Part shown: in pieces, positions 1 through 9,387 of the stretch
Numbering within the stretch: the stretch's first letter is position 1
How the letters are laid out: each line of letters begins with the position of its first letter
IMG/VR virus record: IMGVR_UViG_3300037424_000059
Span: 1 to 26,021 of that record
Source: a virus
Lineage: Duplodnaviria > Caudoviricetes
DNA length: 26,021 bases
Reading direction: 5' to 3' (one strand)
Notes under the pieces: model-generated
What the model was told of the DNA's origin: nothing
Seen by the model: only the letters and a program-made list of their open reading frames with translations
The model's database searches: none
Translations under genes and position numbers: made by a program

Positions 1-344
1 ACGAAAGGCTCGTGATACTCTTCCTCTTCGCCGCCCAGGGCGATTTCCAGCACTTGCAGCTTCTTGATAGCGCCGGCTAAGCCAGCGGCTACACAATCGC
101 CGGTAAGCTGAAAGTGATGTGGGATTGCAGCAAAAGGGAGCCTTCCTTGTTCGAACAGCCGCTTTTCCAACTCCCAAGTGTATGGACGGCCTTTATACCT
201 CGCCTGGAGTGCCGGCAGTGCATCAGCTATCTCGCTGAATTCACTGTATAGCCGGACGTCATTCTCGTCATTATTCCTGGCATCGCCCCAGGCTCGCTTT
301 TCCTCGTCAAGTCCCAGCCAGCCGGATTTTACATTCTCATTCAT
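1..344 (-). CDS. papain-like (C1-type) cysteine peptidase, N-terminal part, truncated at window edge
   Basis: Not in the ORF track. ATG at 344-342 overlaps the upstream stop (ATGA) and the frame stays open to base 1: MNENVKSGWLGLDEEKRAWGD...PHHFQLTGDCVAAGLAGAIKKLQVLEIALGGEEEEYHEPF. Q-x-x-G-D-C-V resembles the papain oxyanion Gln and catalytic Cys motif; the catalytic His would lie outside the window. Confidence 0.65.
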   Translation of the reverse strand, partial: MNENVKSGWLGLDEEKRAWGDARNNDENDVRLYSEFSEIADALPALQARYKGRPYTWELEKRLFEQGRLPFAAIPHHFQLTGDCVAAGLAGAIKKLQVLEIALGGEEEEYHEPF

Positions 345-1231
345 CTGGGGCACCCTCCAGTTGGACAATTACCGGTGGAATATCCGCCGCCGCTGGCCGA
401 TCCCCATTCAAGCGGCAGGAGCCACCCCGGTGCGATGGTTTCTTTCCTTTGGTGAACGGCCACGCGGTCTAGGCCATCGGCAATGCCCAAATACACGGCC
501 TGATACTGCTTGAGAGTCGTAAGCTCGCCGTCGACGGTAAGGCCCGCCATGTGGCCGGCCAGTGATTGCGAGAATTCCACCCAGCTTGCGACGGCACTGC
601 CGAGGATAAGGTTATTGACTGAGCGGATTTCGGCCCGAGCCTCACGCGGTGACTTAATCGCACCGGCGGCAATCATGGCGGCCACCGAGCGGAACTGCCC
701 GGCCATAAGCTCAGCCTGCTCCGCTCGCTTGGGATCGTTGACGGTCTTTACCGCGAGATCATACACCCAAGACGACCATTCGCTAGCATCCGGCTTCGGC
801 TCGGGCTTAGGCTCTGGTTCGGGCCCTGGCTTAGGGCCCGGCTGCGGCTCCGGTTGCGGAGTCGGCACCTTATCAGCGACCGCTACATAATGCGCTGATT
901 GAGTGACGCCCCCACCGGATGCCGTGGCAAGGATAACTGCATATTCGCCAGGCTCGTCGAAAACAGCGACGAGCACCTTCTTGTTTTCCATCTCACGGAC
1001 CTGAACGGTATCGGGAACGACCGTCCAAGCATAAGACGCCGCCGCTTTGCCTTCGAGATCCTCGGCGGCAAGTACGACCAGTTCTCCCGTAACAACGGTT
1101 TGCGGGCCGATGACGGCTGTCGTAGCACCGCCACCGAGGAAGTAGTAGCCAACGATGATGGCAGACACTATCGAGAGGATAATAATGCCATAGTAAGCCC
1201 CTAACCCGATTAGTGTTTTAATATTATTCAA
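341..1231 (-). CDS. membrane-anchored protein: N-terminal TM helix, PKD/Ig-like domain, Pro-rich linker, helical domain, C-terminal CPTGGCPR
   Basis: TTG start with AAGGAG SD. Hydrophobic YYGIIILSIVSAIIVGYYFLGG; SYAWTV...FDEPGEYAVIL is PKD-like; PQPEPQPGPKPGPEPEPKPEPKP linker. Confidence 0.7.
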   Translation of the reverse strand: MNNIKTLIGLGAYYGIIILSIVSAIIVGYYFLGGGATTAVIGPQTVVTGELVVLAAEDLEGKAAASYAWTVVPDTVQVREMENKKVLVAVFDEPGEYAVILATASGGGVTQSAHYVAVADKVPTPQPEPQPGPKPGPEPEPKPEPKPDASEWSSWVYDLAVKTVNDPKRAEQAELMAGQFRSVAAMIAAGAIKSPREARAEIRSVNNLILGSAVASWVEFSQSLAGHMAGLTVDGELTTLKQYQAVYLGIADGLDRVAVHQRKETIAPGWLLPLEWGSASGGGYSTGNCPTGGCPR

Positions 1232-1241
1232 GTTTCACTCC

Positions 1242-1634
1242 TTACTTCTTGAAGAAGCTCAGAAGCGAGATAATCGCCTGGACAATGGCGATAATAAGAG
1301 ACGGATTCGTCCCAATAATCTCAGCGGCTTCATATACACTAGAGACTGTATCCGGCGTTTCGTCGCCGGTAAAGACATTTTTAATGTCGATGAAATCGCA
1401 CACGAGGTTGTGAATAACGCTCCAAGCCTGATCGTCGCCGAACACCTTTTGGACGGTCTTAACGAACTCATTATCCGTCTTGATGTTAGTCATCTCGGTA
1501 AGGATAAGCAACGTGTCGGTCACAGCCTGGAGCCACCTGCGCACAGCCTGACTATTGTAAATGTCTTTTGGGACATTCATCAGGTCCGAAAGCGGAAGCT
1601 TACGTAAAAGGGGAATGATCGCAAGAATTTTCAC
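1242..1634 (-). CDS. small membrane-associated protein (holin-like candidate)
   Basis: GTG start with GAGGAG SD. C-terminal hydrophobic helix PSLIIAIVQAIISLLSFF followed by KK. Lies immediately after the virion genes. Confidence 0.55.
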   Translation of the reverse strand: MKILAIIPLLRKLPLSDLMNVPKDIYNSQAVRRWLQAVTDTLLILTEMTNIKTDNEFVKTVQKVFGDDQAWSVIHNLVCDFIDIKNVFTGDETPDTVSSVYEAAEIIGTNPSLIIAIVQAIISLLSFFKK

Positions 1635-1693
1635 GGTGTACTCCTCAGAGGGAAAATGGAAAGTTACCTACACTTCCATTCTCGCCTGGGAAG

Positions 1694-4600
1694 TCACTTC
1701 AGCCGCCGCGCAAGCTGCCGCTGGCGTTTTTTTGCACTTTCGACTTTAATACCCTGCGATCTGAGTCTAGAATACATGGCCTTTCGGGCCACGTCGCCGC
1801 TCACGCTCATCTGTTTCAAATAAAAAACGGTGTCGTCGACGGTACTGCCACTCTTCTCCCTAGCGGCGGTTGCCGCCTTCTGGGAGACATGCTTGTCGAC
1901 AACGGCCTGAACGACCTGCGGTAGATCGGCTTTACCAGAGAAGGGGCTAGAATACCGCTTCAGCGGCTCCTTGCCGAGCGCCGCCCGGGCCAAGCCGGTC
2001 ATAGCCAACGATACGCGCTCTCGCTCGTCCGCCGGTAGTTGCCGTGCGGCGTTACGAATTTCCGTCATTAGCTGGCCGGCATATTGATACTTACGCCATT
2101 CCTTAGTGCCCTCGTAGTCCTTATTTCGCAGCTTCGCGGACTCGTGTGCACGGTCAAGCTCTTCCTTGGCGGCATAGAAGTCATCCGAGGATTTTGAATA
2201 ATCCTGTCTCAGCATAATGCCCTTGAGTCCTGGAATGTCGCTTGCCTTCCACTTACCTCCTCTAAGCATCTTTTCCGCAGGCTCGTCAACGCGGCGATAC
2301 AAACCGCCAGACAGCCCATTAGCCAGATGGTCAATCTTTGCCGGACTGAGGCTCACTTTTCCGCCGCTCAAATCGTGTAGATGCCGGGCAGCCGACTTGG
2401 CAATAGACGATGTGTGTTCATAATACTGGTCCGGCTCTTGCAGCTTTTCGATGCTACGTGAAACTATTGGACGGCCCCTAAAGGTGTCGAAATTAAAAAA
2501 CGATTCGGCTAGCGGAGTAACAAGGGCGGGCGTAGTGTTCGGCATGGCCGTCTTGCCGGCTTGCCTGAACCAACGTGTAATTGCCTGCGGATCTTTTTCG
2601 TACATAGCGTCTAGCATTCGCTCCACGCCGCTGCCGATTAGCCCGTATTCGTGCGGCCGTGGGATGCGAACAGACGGATTCCCCTTATCGTCCGCAAGCA
2701 CCCAGTACCCATCCTGCCACTCGGGCCGCTCTTTGTAGTCGTCGTCATCGTGCCGATACCACCAGTACAGCATGGCAATCGGCAGTTGCATGATAGCGAC
2801 ACGCAAAAAGGTCTCAGCCGGCTTTGCCTTAAAAGTCCGAACCGTCTTGTCAAGACCCTCAAGCTGTGCGTTTATAAACGGAATCCAATAGTTCAGCTTG
2901 CGGCCCCATGTCCCCGTGCGGCGGAAATCAACGGTCACGTCATGCGAAGCGTTGATAGCCTTAATAAGCACTTCCATCGGCGGTGTCTGGCCGGCTTTTA
3001 CTTTCTCCAGCCAGCCTTGTTTTTCAAGTATTGCCGAGAACTCAGCGAGCCGTGACGCGACCTCAGACGTTCCAGCGATATTCAAAGCGGTCTCGACCTT
3101 CCCTTGTTTGCCACGCCGCAACCGCTTAACCCCACTCTTCAGTTGATTGCGGTCCAGGCCCGCGTAAGTCGAAAGCTCTCCGCCCATACGCTGCCACAGT
3201 CTCACGAGCGGGTCGCCATCCTCGCCGTTCGCTCGTTTTAACTCCGAGGCTGCGTATGACATAGCATAAGCCACAGGATCGACGGCGCCCTTCAGCCCCT
3301 TTTCGCCCTGCATCAAGAATGTCTGATAGTCCCTGGCAGAGTTTGTGAGAATGAAACTTGGGTTAAGTCGCGTGGCTCCAAGCTTCACGGCGCCGGTGAA
3401 TCGCTTGACAATGTGAGTGGCGATATCCAAATCGACTTGCGAACCTATGCCGCCGATAGCCTCGGCTAGCTCCGGTTTTAGTTGCACGAGTTGCTGCTTG
3501 CCGTCCACGGTAACACGAAAGATCGGCTGGCCGCCGGTCTGCATGAGATCCGGCTGAAACACGGTTAAAACCGTTTCTGGATCGACCACATCTAGCATTT
3601 GTTCAAGCTCGACTCCCAGCCCGGCTGGCATGTTTTTGCTTAATTGTCGGCGAATCTCCTCAAGCTTAAAAGACGTTGCCGCAACCGCCGGCGGCACCCG
3701 CTCGACCCATTCGCCCATGCCGGCTACATCATCGGATGTTTTGACGATACTATTCACCACTAACTGCTTACACGCTCTGTCGTAAAGCTTAACTGCTCTC
3801 TTAAGCGTAGCCTCAACTGGATCGACAATCTGAAGCCCGCTACCCCTTCGCCCCTTGACGGCACGTCCCAGATCCACCATCTTTTTGCCGCCCTTGCCCT
3901 TAAAGATGCTGTCTTTTGCACGCTGCAATGGTATGTAATGCTCATATGCTTTAAGCATCCGCCCGGCGTCTTCGCCGCTGATAACGCCAGCGTCGGCCAG
4001 CATCGTAATCAGCGAATTATTAAACTCCGTAAGCGTATCTGCCGCCTTCTCGTAGCGGGTGTCTCGCAGCCGCCGCTCGGTTTCTGCGGCGTCTTCCCTG
4101 GAGATTCCGGGATTCTTCCCCGCGTCCCAGGATTCTATTGCGTGATGGGCATACGCCCATGCTACAAAGTCGCGGTAATCGGCGTCGTCTTTAATCTCAA
4201 CGAAGACCTCCCTCAGCGACGGGCCAATTTTTTTTTGATCGCCCGATAAAGCGAAGACTCCATCTTCTAAAGCGCGAGCGGCGAAGTGCGAGCCGGTTTG
4301 CCGCATGGCATTATACATCTCGTATGCTGTGATACCTTTATGCCCACGCGAAACGGCTTCCTTTGCAAACCGCTTGACCGGATCGCCCTGGTCTTTCATC
4401 TTGGTGTACAAATAATTCCAGGCATTACGTGAAAACTCTTTCCACGTCGCGCTCTCATTTTCGTCTTTGCCGGTCTTGCTAATCTGGCCCTTGACGCGAC
4501 CGACGGCACCGGCGGTTTTCAGCCGCTTGACGAGCGCCTTTGTAGCCTCGACCTTCCGGGCTATTTCCGGATTAGCCTTTAGATAGCTCTCAAAATGCTC

Positions 4601-6529
4601 GAAAAACTTAGGGGCCATCTGCTGAATATCGGTGCTCTCGGTCATGTAGCCCCGCGAGAATTCAGCAAATCCTTCGAAGTCGCGTTTTTTCCCCTGGTCG
4701 TAATCGAGCTGGGCAACTTCTTTTCTCAAATCCGCCGGCGCACTTTTCAGGATATCCGTTGTTTGATCCAGGTGATGGGCGGCTTCATGCGCGGCAGTGC
4801 TAACGTTTGCTTCGCCGCCCCTTGCCATGCGCATAACTTGCGGATGTGTTTTGTAGATACCGAGAGCGCCCCGCTGCCGCACACGTCCAGATCGCACCGG
4901 AGCGCCCCAAATCTTTTCCACCTCCCTGACTACTTCACGACCGCCAAGCTCTTCGCCGGTGCCCTCGGCTTCCATCTTCATGCGTGGCACTGGACGGCCA
5001 TCGGCTAGTTCGCCCTCGGCTGCCCGTGCCTCGGCGGCTGGCTCTTCAATTGCCGGTCTGGACATGGCGGCAACTTGCCGGGTCTGCGGCAAAATGGCAG
5101 CATCGCCGCCGTCAGCAAGCTCAACGTCCGCCTGCTGCGTTGCGGGCCGTTCCGGCTCCACGGGCATCGGCTGCATTTGCTGCGGCTCAGCGGCGGCCTG
5201 AGCGGATTCCTCGGCCTGTCTCGTGGCACTAATGGCCTTGGCAAGTCCCTTCACCGTCTCGCGCCGCTGTTTGGCCGTCTTGCCTTCTTCTGCCGGCAGC
5301 CCCCAGGCTTGCCATTCCTTCCGTGATGGTGTCCTGTCCTCAGCGGCAGCCTGTTCGATGGCCGTCCATGTCATAGCTCGTTTTGAGCCATCGACGAACT
5401 TCTTATAACGCCCCACGGCATTTGCGGCCTGCACCATGCCGCCGGGCGCGCCGATTACGGCAATCCCCGGCGCAGCAGCCTTGGCCTGCTGATAACCTTC
5501 CCGCAAGATGTCAATCGGATCGCGGTCCTCAGCTTTGTCGCTCATTTTGGAAGCCAGATACTTAGCTGCCTCGGCGGTCGAGCCTTGCAAACCCTCTTCG
5601 AGTGTCTCCAACGCGGCCCGCTTGACAAACCCGGCACCGGCACCGATTACACGCTTGGTAACCGGGTTTTTGATGAGACGCTGTACTCCCTCGCCGGCAA
5701 CTTTACTGGCCACTCTTTTTAGCCCTTGCCGCATAAAACCCTTTACCGGTGCCGCTGCTGGCTTAGTCATACCAGTGGGGTCGATGTTAATAAGCTCAAT
5801 CGCCGCCTCTGCTCCAGCCGTGCCCAAACCCGCAGCCGCCGAAGCCGTAGAACCGAGCCCCATTTCGCGGAAATCTTCTCGCCGTTCGTTTATACCGCGC
5901 GCCGTCCAATAGGTCGCCATGCCGGCAGGGCCACCGGCTGAAGCCGAAAGCAATCCGGCAGCCATATCCGGAGCCATGCCAGCCGCTCCGGTAATAGCCT
6001 TCAGTGTGAGCGGGTCTTGCGATCCTACTGACGCATTCTCCGACATCTTGGCGGATTCCAGGGCGCGAAGGAACTTGATATCCTCGGGCGACCGGCCCTT
6101 GCCCATGGTCCAATCTTTCAGATCGCCAAACGCCTCAACCGCCGACGTGCTCGCGTCAGCGAAGGCCCCGCCGACCTTCTCGGCGATTTTCTGCCGCTGC
6201 TTCAGGTAGCCGGACTTCTGAAAGCTTTTGCGTTCCGCCCAATCTTTCTTAGCGGCTATCTGTGCTACCTCATTAACGAGCCACTGCCGCTCTGCTGGAT
6301 CGGTAACCTCTTCCATGACCTTCCCTGAATACGTCGACCGCTCTCCCTTCAGTGTCGCTGCCAGACCGTAGGCGTACTTGTCGCGTAGATAATTCTGCCG
6401 CGCCTTTTGCGACTCCCCAGCCCGTCCAAGGGCATCCGAGATTTCGGTATCCAGGGCTGGTTTGTCTGCTTGTTTTCCGCTCGACGCCAAGCCGAGCGCA
6501 CTCATAACCTGCGGATCAAGTTCGGGCAT
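1694..6529 (-). CDS. large internal virion/ejection polyvalent protein with zincin-like metallopeptidase and C-terminal LPD38-like domain
   Basis: 1611 aa. AAHEAAHHLD (HExxH, ~4775-4789) with downstream EGFAEF. The C-terminal YKERPEW..YW...RIPRPHEYG..ERMLD...TPLAE..NFDTFRGRPIV...SPAKIDHL matches my recollection of LPD38. Last and largest gene of the virion block. Confidence 0.75.
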   Translation of the reverse strand: MPELDPQVMSALGLASSGKQADKPALDTEISDALGRAGESQKARQNYLRDKYAYGLAATLKGERSTYSGKVMEEVTDPAERQWLVNEVAQIAAKKDWAERKSFQKSGYLKQRQKIAEKVGGAFADASTSAVEAFGDLKDWTMGKGRSPEDIKFLRALESAKMSENASVGSQDPLTLKAITGAAGMAPDMAAGLLSASAGGPAGMATYWTARGINERREDFREMGLGSTASAAAGLGTAGAEAAIELINIDPTGMTKPAAAPVKGFMRQGLKRVASKVAGEGVQRLIKNPVTKRVIGAGAGFVKRAALETLEEGLQGSTAEAAKYLASKMSDKAEDRDPIDILREGYQQAKAAAPGIAVIGAPGGMVQAANAVGRYKKFVDGSKRAMTWTAIEQAAAEDRTPSRKEWQAWGLPAEEGKTAKQRRETVKGLAKAISATRQAEESAQAAAEPQQMQPMPVEPERPATQQADVELADGGDAAILPQTRQVAAMSRPAIEEPAAEARAAEGELADGRPVPRMKMEAEGTGEELGGREVVREVEKIWGAPVRSGRVRQRGALGIYKTHPQVMRMARGGEANVSTAAHEAAHHLDQTTDILKSAPADLRKEVAQLDYDQGKKRDFEGFAEFSRGYMTESTDIQQMAPKFFEHFESYLKANPEIARKVEATKALVKRLKTAGAVGRVKGQISKTGKDENESATWKEFSRNAWNYLYTKMKDQGDPVKRFAKEAVSRGHKGITAYEMYNAMRQTGSHFAARALEDGVFALSGDQKKIGPSLREVFVEIKDDADYRDFVAWAYAHHAIESWDAGKNPGISREDAAETERRLRDTRYEKAADTLTEFNNSLITMLADAGVISGEDAGRMLKAYEHYIPLQRAKDSIFKGKGGKKMVDLGRAVKGRRGSGLQIVDPVEATLKRAVKLYDRACKQLVVNSIVKTSDDVAGMGEWVERVPPAVAATSFKLEEIRRQLSKNMPAGLGVELEQMLDVVDPETVLTVFQPDLMQTGGQPIFRVTVDGKQQLVQLKPELAEAIGGIGSQVDLDIATHIVKRFTGAVKLGATRLNPSFILTNSARDYQTFLMQGEKGLKGAVDPVAYAMSYAASELKRANGEDGDPLVRLWQRMGGELSTYAGLDRNQLKSGVKRLRRGKQGKVETALNIAGTSEVASRLAEFSAILEKQGWLEKVKAGQTPPMEVLIKAINASHDVTVDFRRTGTWGRKLNYWIPFINAQLEGLDKTVRTFKAKPAETFLRVAIMQLPIAMLYWWYRHDDDDYKERPEWQDGYWVLADDKGNPSVRIPRPHEYGLIGSGVERMLDAMYEKDPQAITRWFRQAGKTAMPNTTPALVTPLAESFFNFDTFRGRPIVSRSIEKLQEPDQYYEHTSSIAKSAARHLHDLSGGKVSLSPAKIDHLANGLSGGLYRRVDEPAEKMLRGGKWKASDIPGLKGIMLRQDYSKSSDDFYAAKEELDRAHESAKLRNKDYEGTKEWRKYQYAGQLMTEIRNAARQLPADERERVSLAMTGLARAALGKEPLKRYSSPFSGKADLPQVVQAVVDKHVSQKAATAAREKSGSTVDDTVFYLKQMSVSGDVARKAMYSRLRSQGIKVESAKKRQRQLARRLK

Positions 6530-7542
6530 TATTTACTCTGGGCATATTGCATTAGAATCTGAACTACTTCGTCGTATGCGGCAAGCTTGTCTTTAGGCAT
6601 CTGCTCACGGCTGCCGTACTTATTGGTGTATTCTCGGAAGTAAGCCTGCGCGGCACCCACCATGGGCGGAAGCCGCTTGTCTGAGTCCTTAACTTTCACG
6701 CCTAATTGGCCGGCCTTTTCCCACCACTCTTTTGGCTCTCGTTGTTGGGGCTGCTGTTGTTGTGGTGCTTGCTGCCCGGTAATAGCACCAACAAGGGCGT
6801 TAATCTCTTCCGGTGTCCGATGTCGAGAACCGGTAACGGCACCATCCGCGCCTACTTCATCTACGGACTCGGTAGCCAGCTTCATTTTAAGTTCAAGCAT
6901 TTTGTTCTCGCGTTCGGCCTTCAGCTTCTCGGCGTGATACTCCCGCGTTTGATCGGGCCGCACCATTAGCTTTAGATCACCGTCCTTTGTACGTGCGAGT
7001 GTAGTGCCGCTGTCATCGGTCCAAGCATCGCCGATTCCACGACCCTCGGGATACTGCGGCTTCGACGGATCTCGCGGCATCATGGACGGCTTGATATTCG
7101 CCTGCTTCAAGTCGATAGCCCGCAGGGCGGAGGTCTTTTCTTCCGGCGACCAGTTATCGCTATCCTTAATCATCTGCCGGGAGTTATTATACTTGGCAAT
7201 TTCTTGCCGCTGTTTGCCGGTCCATTGGTACTCCCACTGATTAGCCTGGATGCGGGCCTGCTCCTGCATCTTAGTAAGGGTGTTATCGAATTCCTGTTCG
7301 CGGATCTGGCCATCCAGGCCATGCTTCAGAGCCGTGCGAGCCATGGCGTCATCAGCCGCTTGCTTTTGTAGATCCGACTGCGCTTCGATCTGCGTCATCT
7401 GCATATCGCGCTGCTGCTTCAGCTTTTGCGAAAGCTGAATATCTTGATGCTGCCGTTCAAGATTGGCTTGCCCGGCTTGTGCAATTATCTGCCCGGCAGT
7501 CGTGCCGCCCACGCCGCCGTGTTGTACTTCAATTCCCATCAT
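6529..7542 (-). CDS. putative internal virion (ejection) protein, Gln-rich and helical
   Basis: 337 aa, Q/E/K-rich coiled-coil character. TAATG coupling to the next gene. Position between the fibres and the giant internal protein. Confidence 0.55.
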   Translation of the reverse strand: MMGIEVQHGGVGGTTAGQIIAQAGQANLERQHQDIQLSQKLKQQRDMQMTQIEAQSDLQKQAADDAMARTALKHGLDGQIREQEFDNTLTKMQEQARIQANQWEYQWTGKQRQEIAKYNNSRQMIKDSDNWSPEEKTSALRAIDLKQANIKPSMMPRDPSKPQYPEGRGIGDAWTDDSGTTLARTKDGDLKLMVRPDQTREYHAEKLKAERENKMLELKMKLATESVDEVGADGAVTGSRHRTPEEINALVGAITGQQAPQQQQPQQREPKEWWEKAGQLGVKVKDSDKRLPPMVGAAQAYFREYTNKYGSREQMPKDKLAAYDEVVQILMQYAQSK

Positions 7543-7550
7543 CCCTCTCC

Positions 7551-8090
7551 CTAGTAATTAACGTTGCCGAGAGCTTGCAGCATGGCCGATAGCCCCGTGC
7601 CGCCCCCATATTGCGAGCCTACGCCGGCGATAGTGGACTGTAACGCCGAAAGATCCGGATAGGCGTCCTTGCGGCGTTCCATAATTCCGAGCTTCGTTTG
7701 CTGCATTTGGTCGGCGTTGCGGCTTAACGCGGCCTGCTTCTCCCGTTCGAACCCCATTTGCATTGTGGGCGCTACGGTCGTATTGCCCATGCCCAGCCTA
7801 GCAAGCTGCTGCATCGCGTTAGACGACTGCTGGCCGTAGCTGCTGGTAATATCCGCCGCTTGTTGATTGGTCGTCTGGTTGGCGATATTCAACATCTGCT
7901 GATAGCGGGCCTCATTCGCCGACTTGGCCTCGCCATACGCCTGATTGTAATTGTTTACCAACGATTCCATGCCGCTTAACACATCGCTTGTCGGGCTTGC
8001 ATAGATGGGCGTAGTAATAGACGAGCCCTTTAGCTTCTGGCCAAAAGCGCCAAAATTCGCGCCAAGTTGTGTATCGCCTTGATAAATCAT
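7551..8090 (-). CDS. putative internal virion (ejection/pilot) protein
   Basis: 179 aa, Q/A/N/G-rich helical protein with a Gly-rich amphipathic C-terminus. AAGGAG SD. First of the small-medium-large trio typical of podovirus ejection proteins. Confidence 0.55.
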   Translation of the reverse strand: MIYQGDTQLGANFGAFGQKLKGSSITTPIYASPTSDVLSGMESLVNNYNQAYGEAKSANEARYQQMLNIANQTTNQQAADITSSYGQQSSNAMQQLARLGMGNTTVAPTMQMGFEREKQAALSRNADQMQQTKLGIMERRKDAYPDLSALQSTIAGVGSQYGGGTGLSAMLQALGNVNY

Positions 8091-8121
8091 TTCTTCTCCT
8101 TATAAAGATAAAGTATTAGGG

Positions 8122-9066
8122 CTAACTGTAATCGTTAAGCAACGTAAACTCTACGCCAGGGGAACTACTAAATTCGAAAATAAGCCATTCGTTGTTAACT
8201 GCGCCGGATGAAAAAGTTCGAGTCGCGTTATATGTTGCTACTGTGACACCATTAAGTAGTATGTTACAAGTGGCCGTCACCTCGCACCCGTCGTATAATT
8301 TATCGTCGTCTAGATAGACCGTGTAAGTCCCTTCTTTTCCGCTGAAAGCAGTTAGCTCGATAGTCGCTGGATTCCCGGTCGTAATCGCCCCATACCCATC
8401 GTATAGTGGATTAAGATAACCGCCATACCCCCATTCACTTTCCTCGTACACGCCGAATGGCTCGGTGTCCGTAAGGACCCAACCCACCCAAGCCATTTGT
8501 GTGCCATAGTGATAGATTCCCGCTAGAGGCTCTGATAAGTATGTGCCGCCCGTCCAGGAGATCGCTACCCTAACCGTGTATTCATACGGATCAACCGGGG
8601 TGGACGTAATTTCTACTTCCGCCGTCTCTATTATAGTCTCGCCGTCGATAACCGTGGTCGCCGTAACCACCAGCGTCTTATCGACGTGACTCTCGGTAAG
8701 CTGCGGCGTGACGGTCGGCTGAGCGCCCCAGAAATCGCCAATTTCCGTGTATACGGAACTGAGGTATGCCGCGTAATCACCCTCGCCTACCATCAGTTGG
8801 ACGGCCTCGCCGTCGACGGCAGCCGTCCAACTGATGACGCTTCCACTCTTAGGCTCGTTAGTCTCGTAAGTGGCGTGATCTCGCAACGTGGCAACCAGGG
8901 CCATATTGCCACCCACTATCACGCTGGATGAAGTGACTAGAGCAATAGAATAATCTGGCGTGTATCCGGGCGGATATGCCCCAGGATAAGGCCAGTCGCC
9001 CCAGCCGGGCGGCTTATCCGGCGTGTCCGGGGTAACAGGTGGCAGTGCGACGTAAACGCCAGCCAT
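8122..9066 (-). CDS. putative virion appendage protein with beta-sandwich (Ig-like) domains
   Basis: 314 aa. Pro/Trp-rich N-terminus, then T/V/Y-rich beta-strand sequence. TAATG coupling to the upstream gene. Confidence 0.5.
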   Translation of the reverse strand: MAGVYVALPPVTPDTPDKPPGWGDWPYPGAYPPGYTPDYSIALVTSSSVIVGGNMALVATLRDHATYETNEPKSGSVISWTAAVDGEAVQLMVGEGDYAAYLSSVYTEIGDFWGAQPTVTPQLTESHVDKTLVVTATTVIDGETIIETAEVEITSTPVDPYEYTVRVAISWTGGTYLSEPLAGIYHYGTQMAWVGWVLTDTEPFGVYEESEWGYGGYLNPLYDGYGAITTGNPATIELTAFSGKEGTYTVYLDDDKLYDGCEVTATCNILLNGVTVATYNATRTFSSGAVNNEWLIFEFSSSPGVEFTLLNDYS

Positions 9067-9383
9067 TATTTTGCCTCCAGCTTAGGGTACTGCTGCTTCA
9101 CCGCTTTGATCGCCGCCATCCAGGTATACGTATTATTTACCGTGTCGTGATAAAGCATATCAAGTTGATCTTGAACCGACGGATATGCGACCCTCCGCTT
9201 GTCTCGGTAAGCCGCCGCCTTATCTTCTTTTGTGCGGGGATCTTGCAGCGGAGGGTCGCATATCTCGCGGACAGGCAAAGGCTTATTCCAGCTTATACAT
9301 TCGCAGCCAGGGTATTTTCCTGCTACAACTTGGCTATCCTCGTGAGTGGCCACGATGATTCCGTCTTTTATTATCATCTGCAT
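9066..9383 (-). CDS. tail fibre assembly/chaperone-like protein
   Basis: C-terminal Y..KR..AYPS..DQLDML.HD......W...I.AVK..YPK motif, common in small genes directly downstream of phage fibre genes. Confidence 0.65.
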   Translation of the reverse strand: MQMIIKDGIIVATHEDSQVVAGKYPGCECISWNKPLPVREICDPPLQDPRTKEDKAAAYRDKRRVAYPSVQDQLDMLYHDTVNNTYTWMAAIKAVKQQYPKLEAK

Positions 9384-9387
9384 TTTG

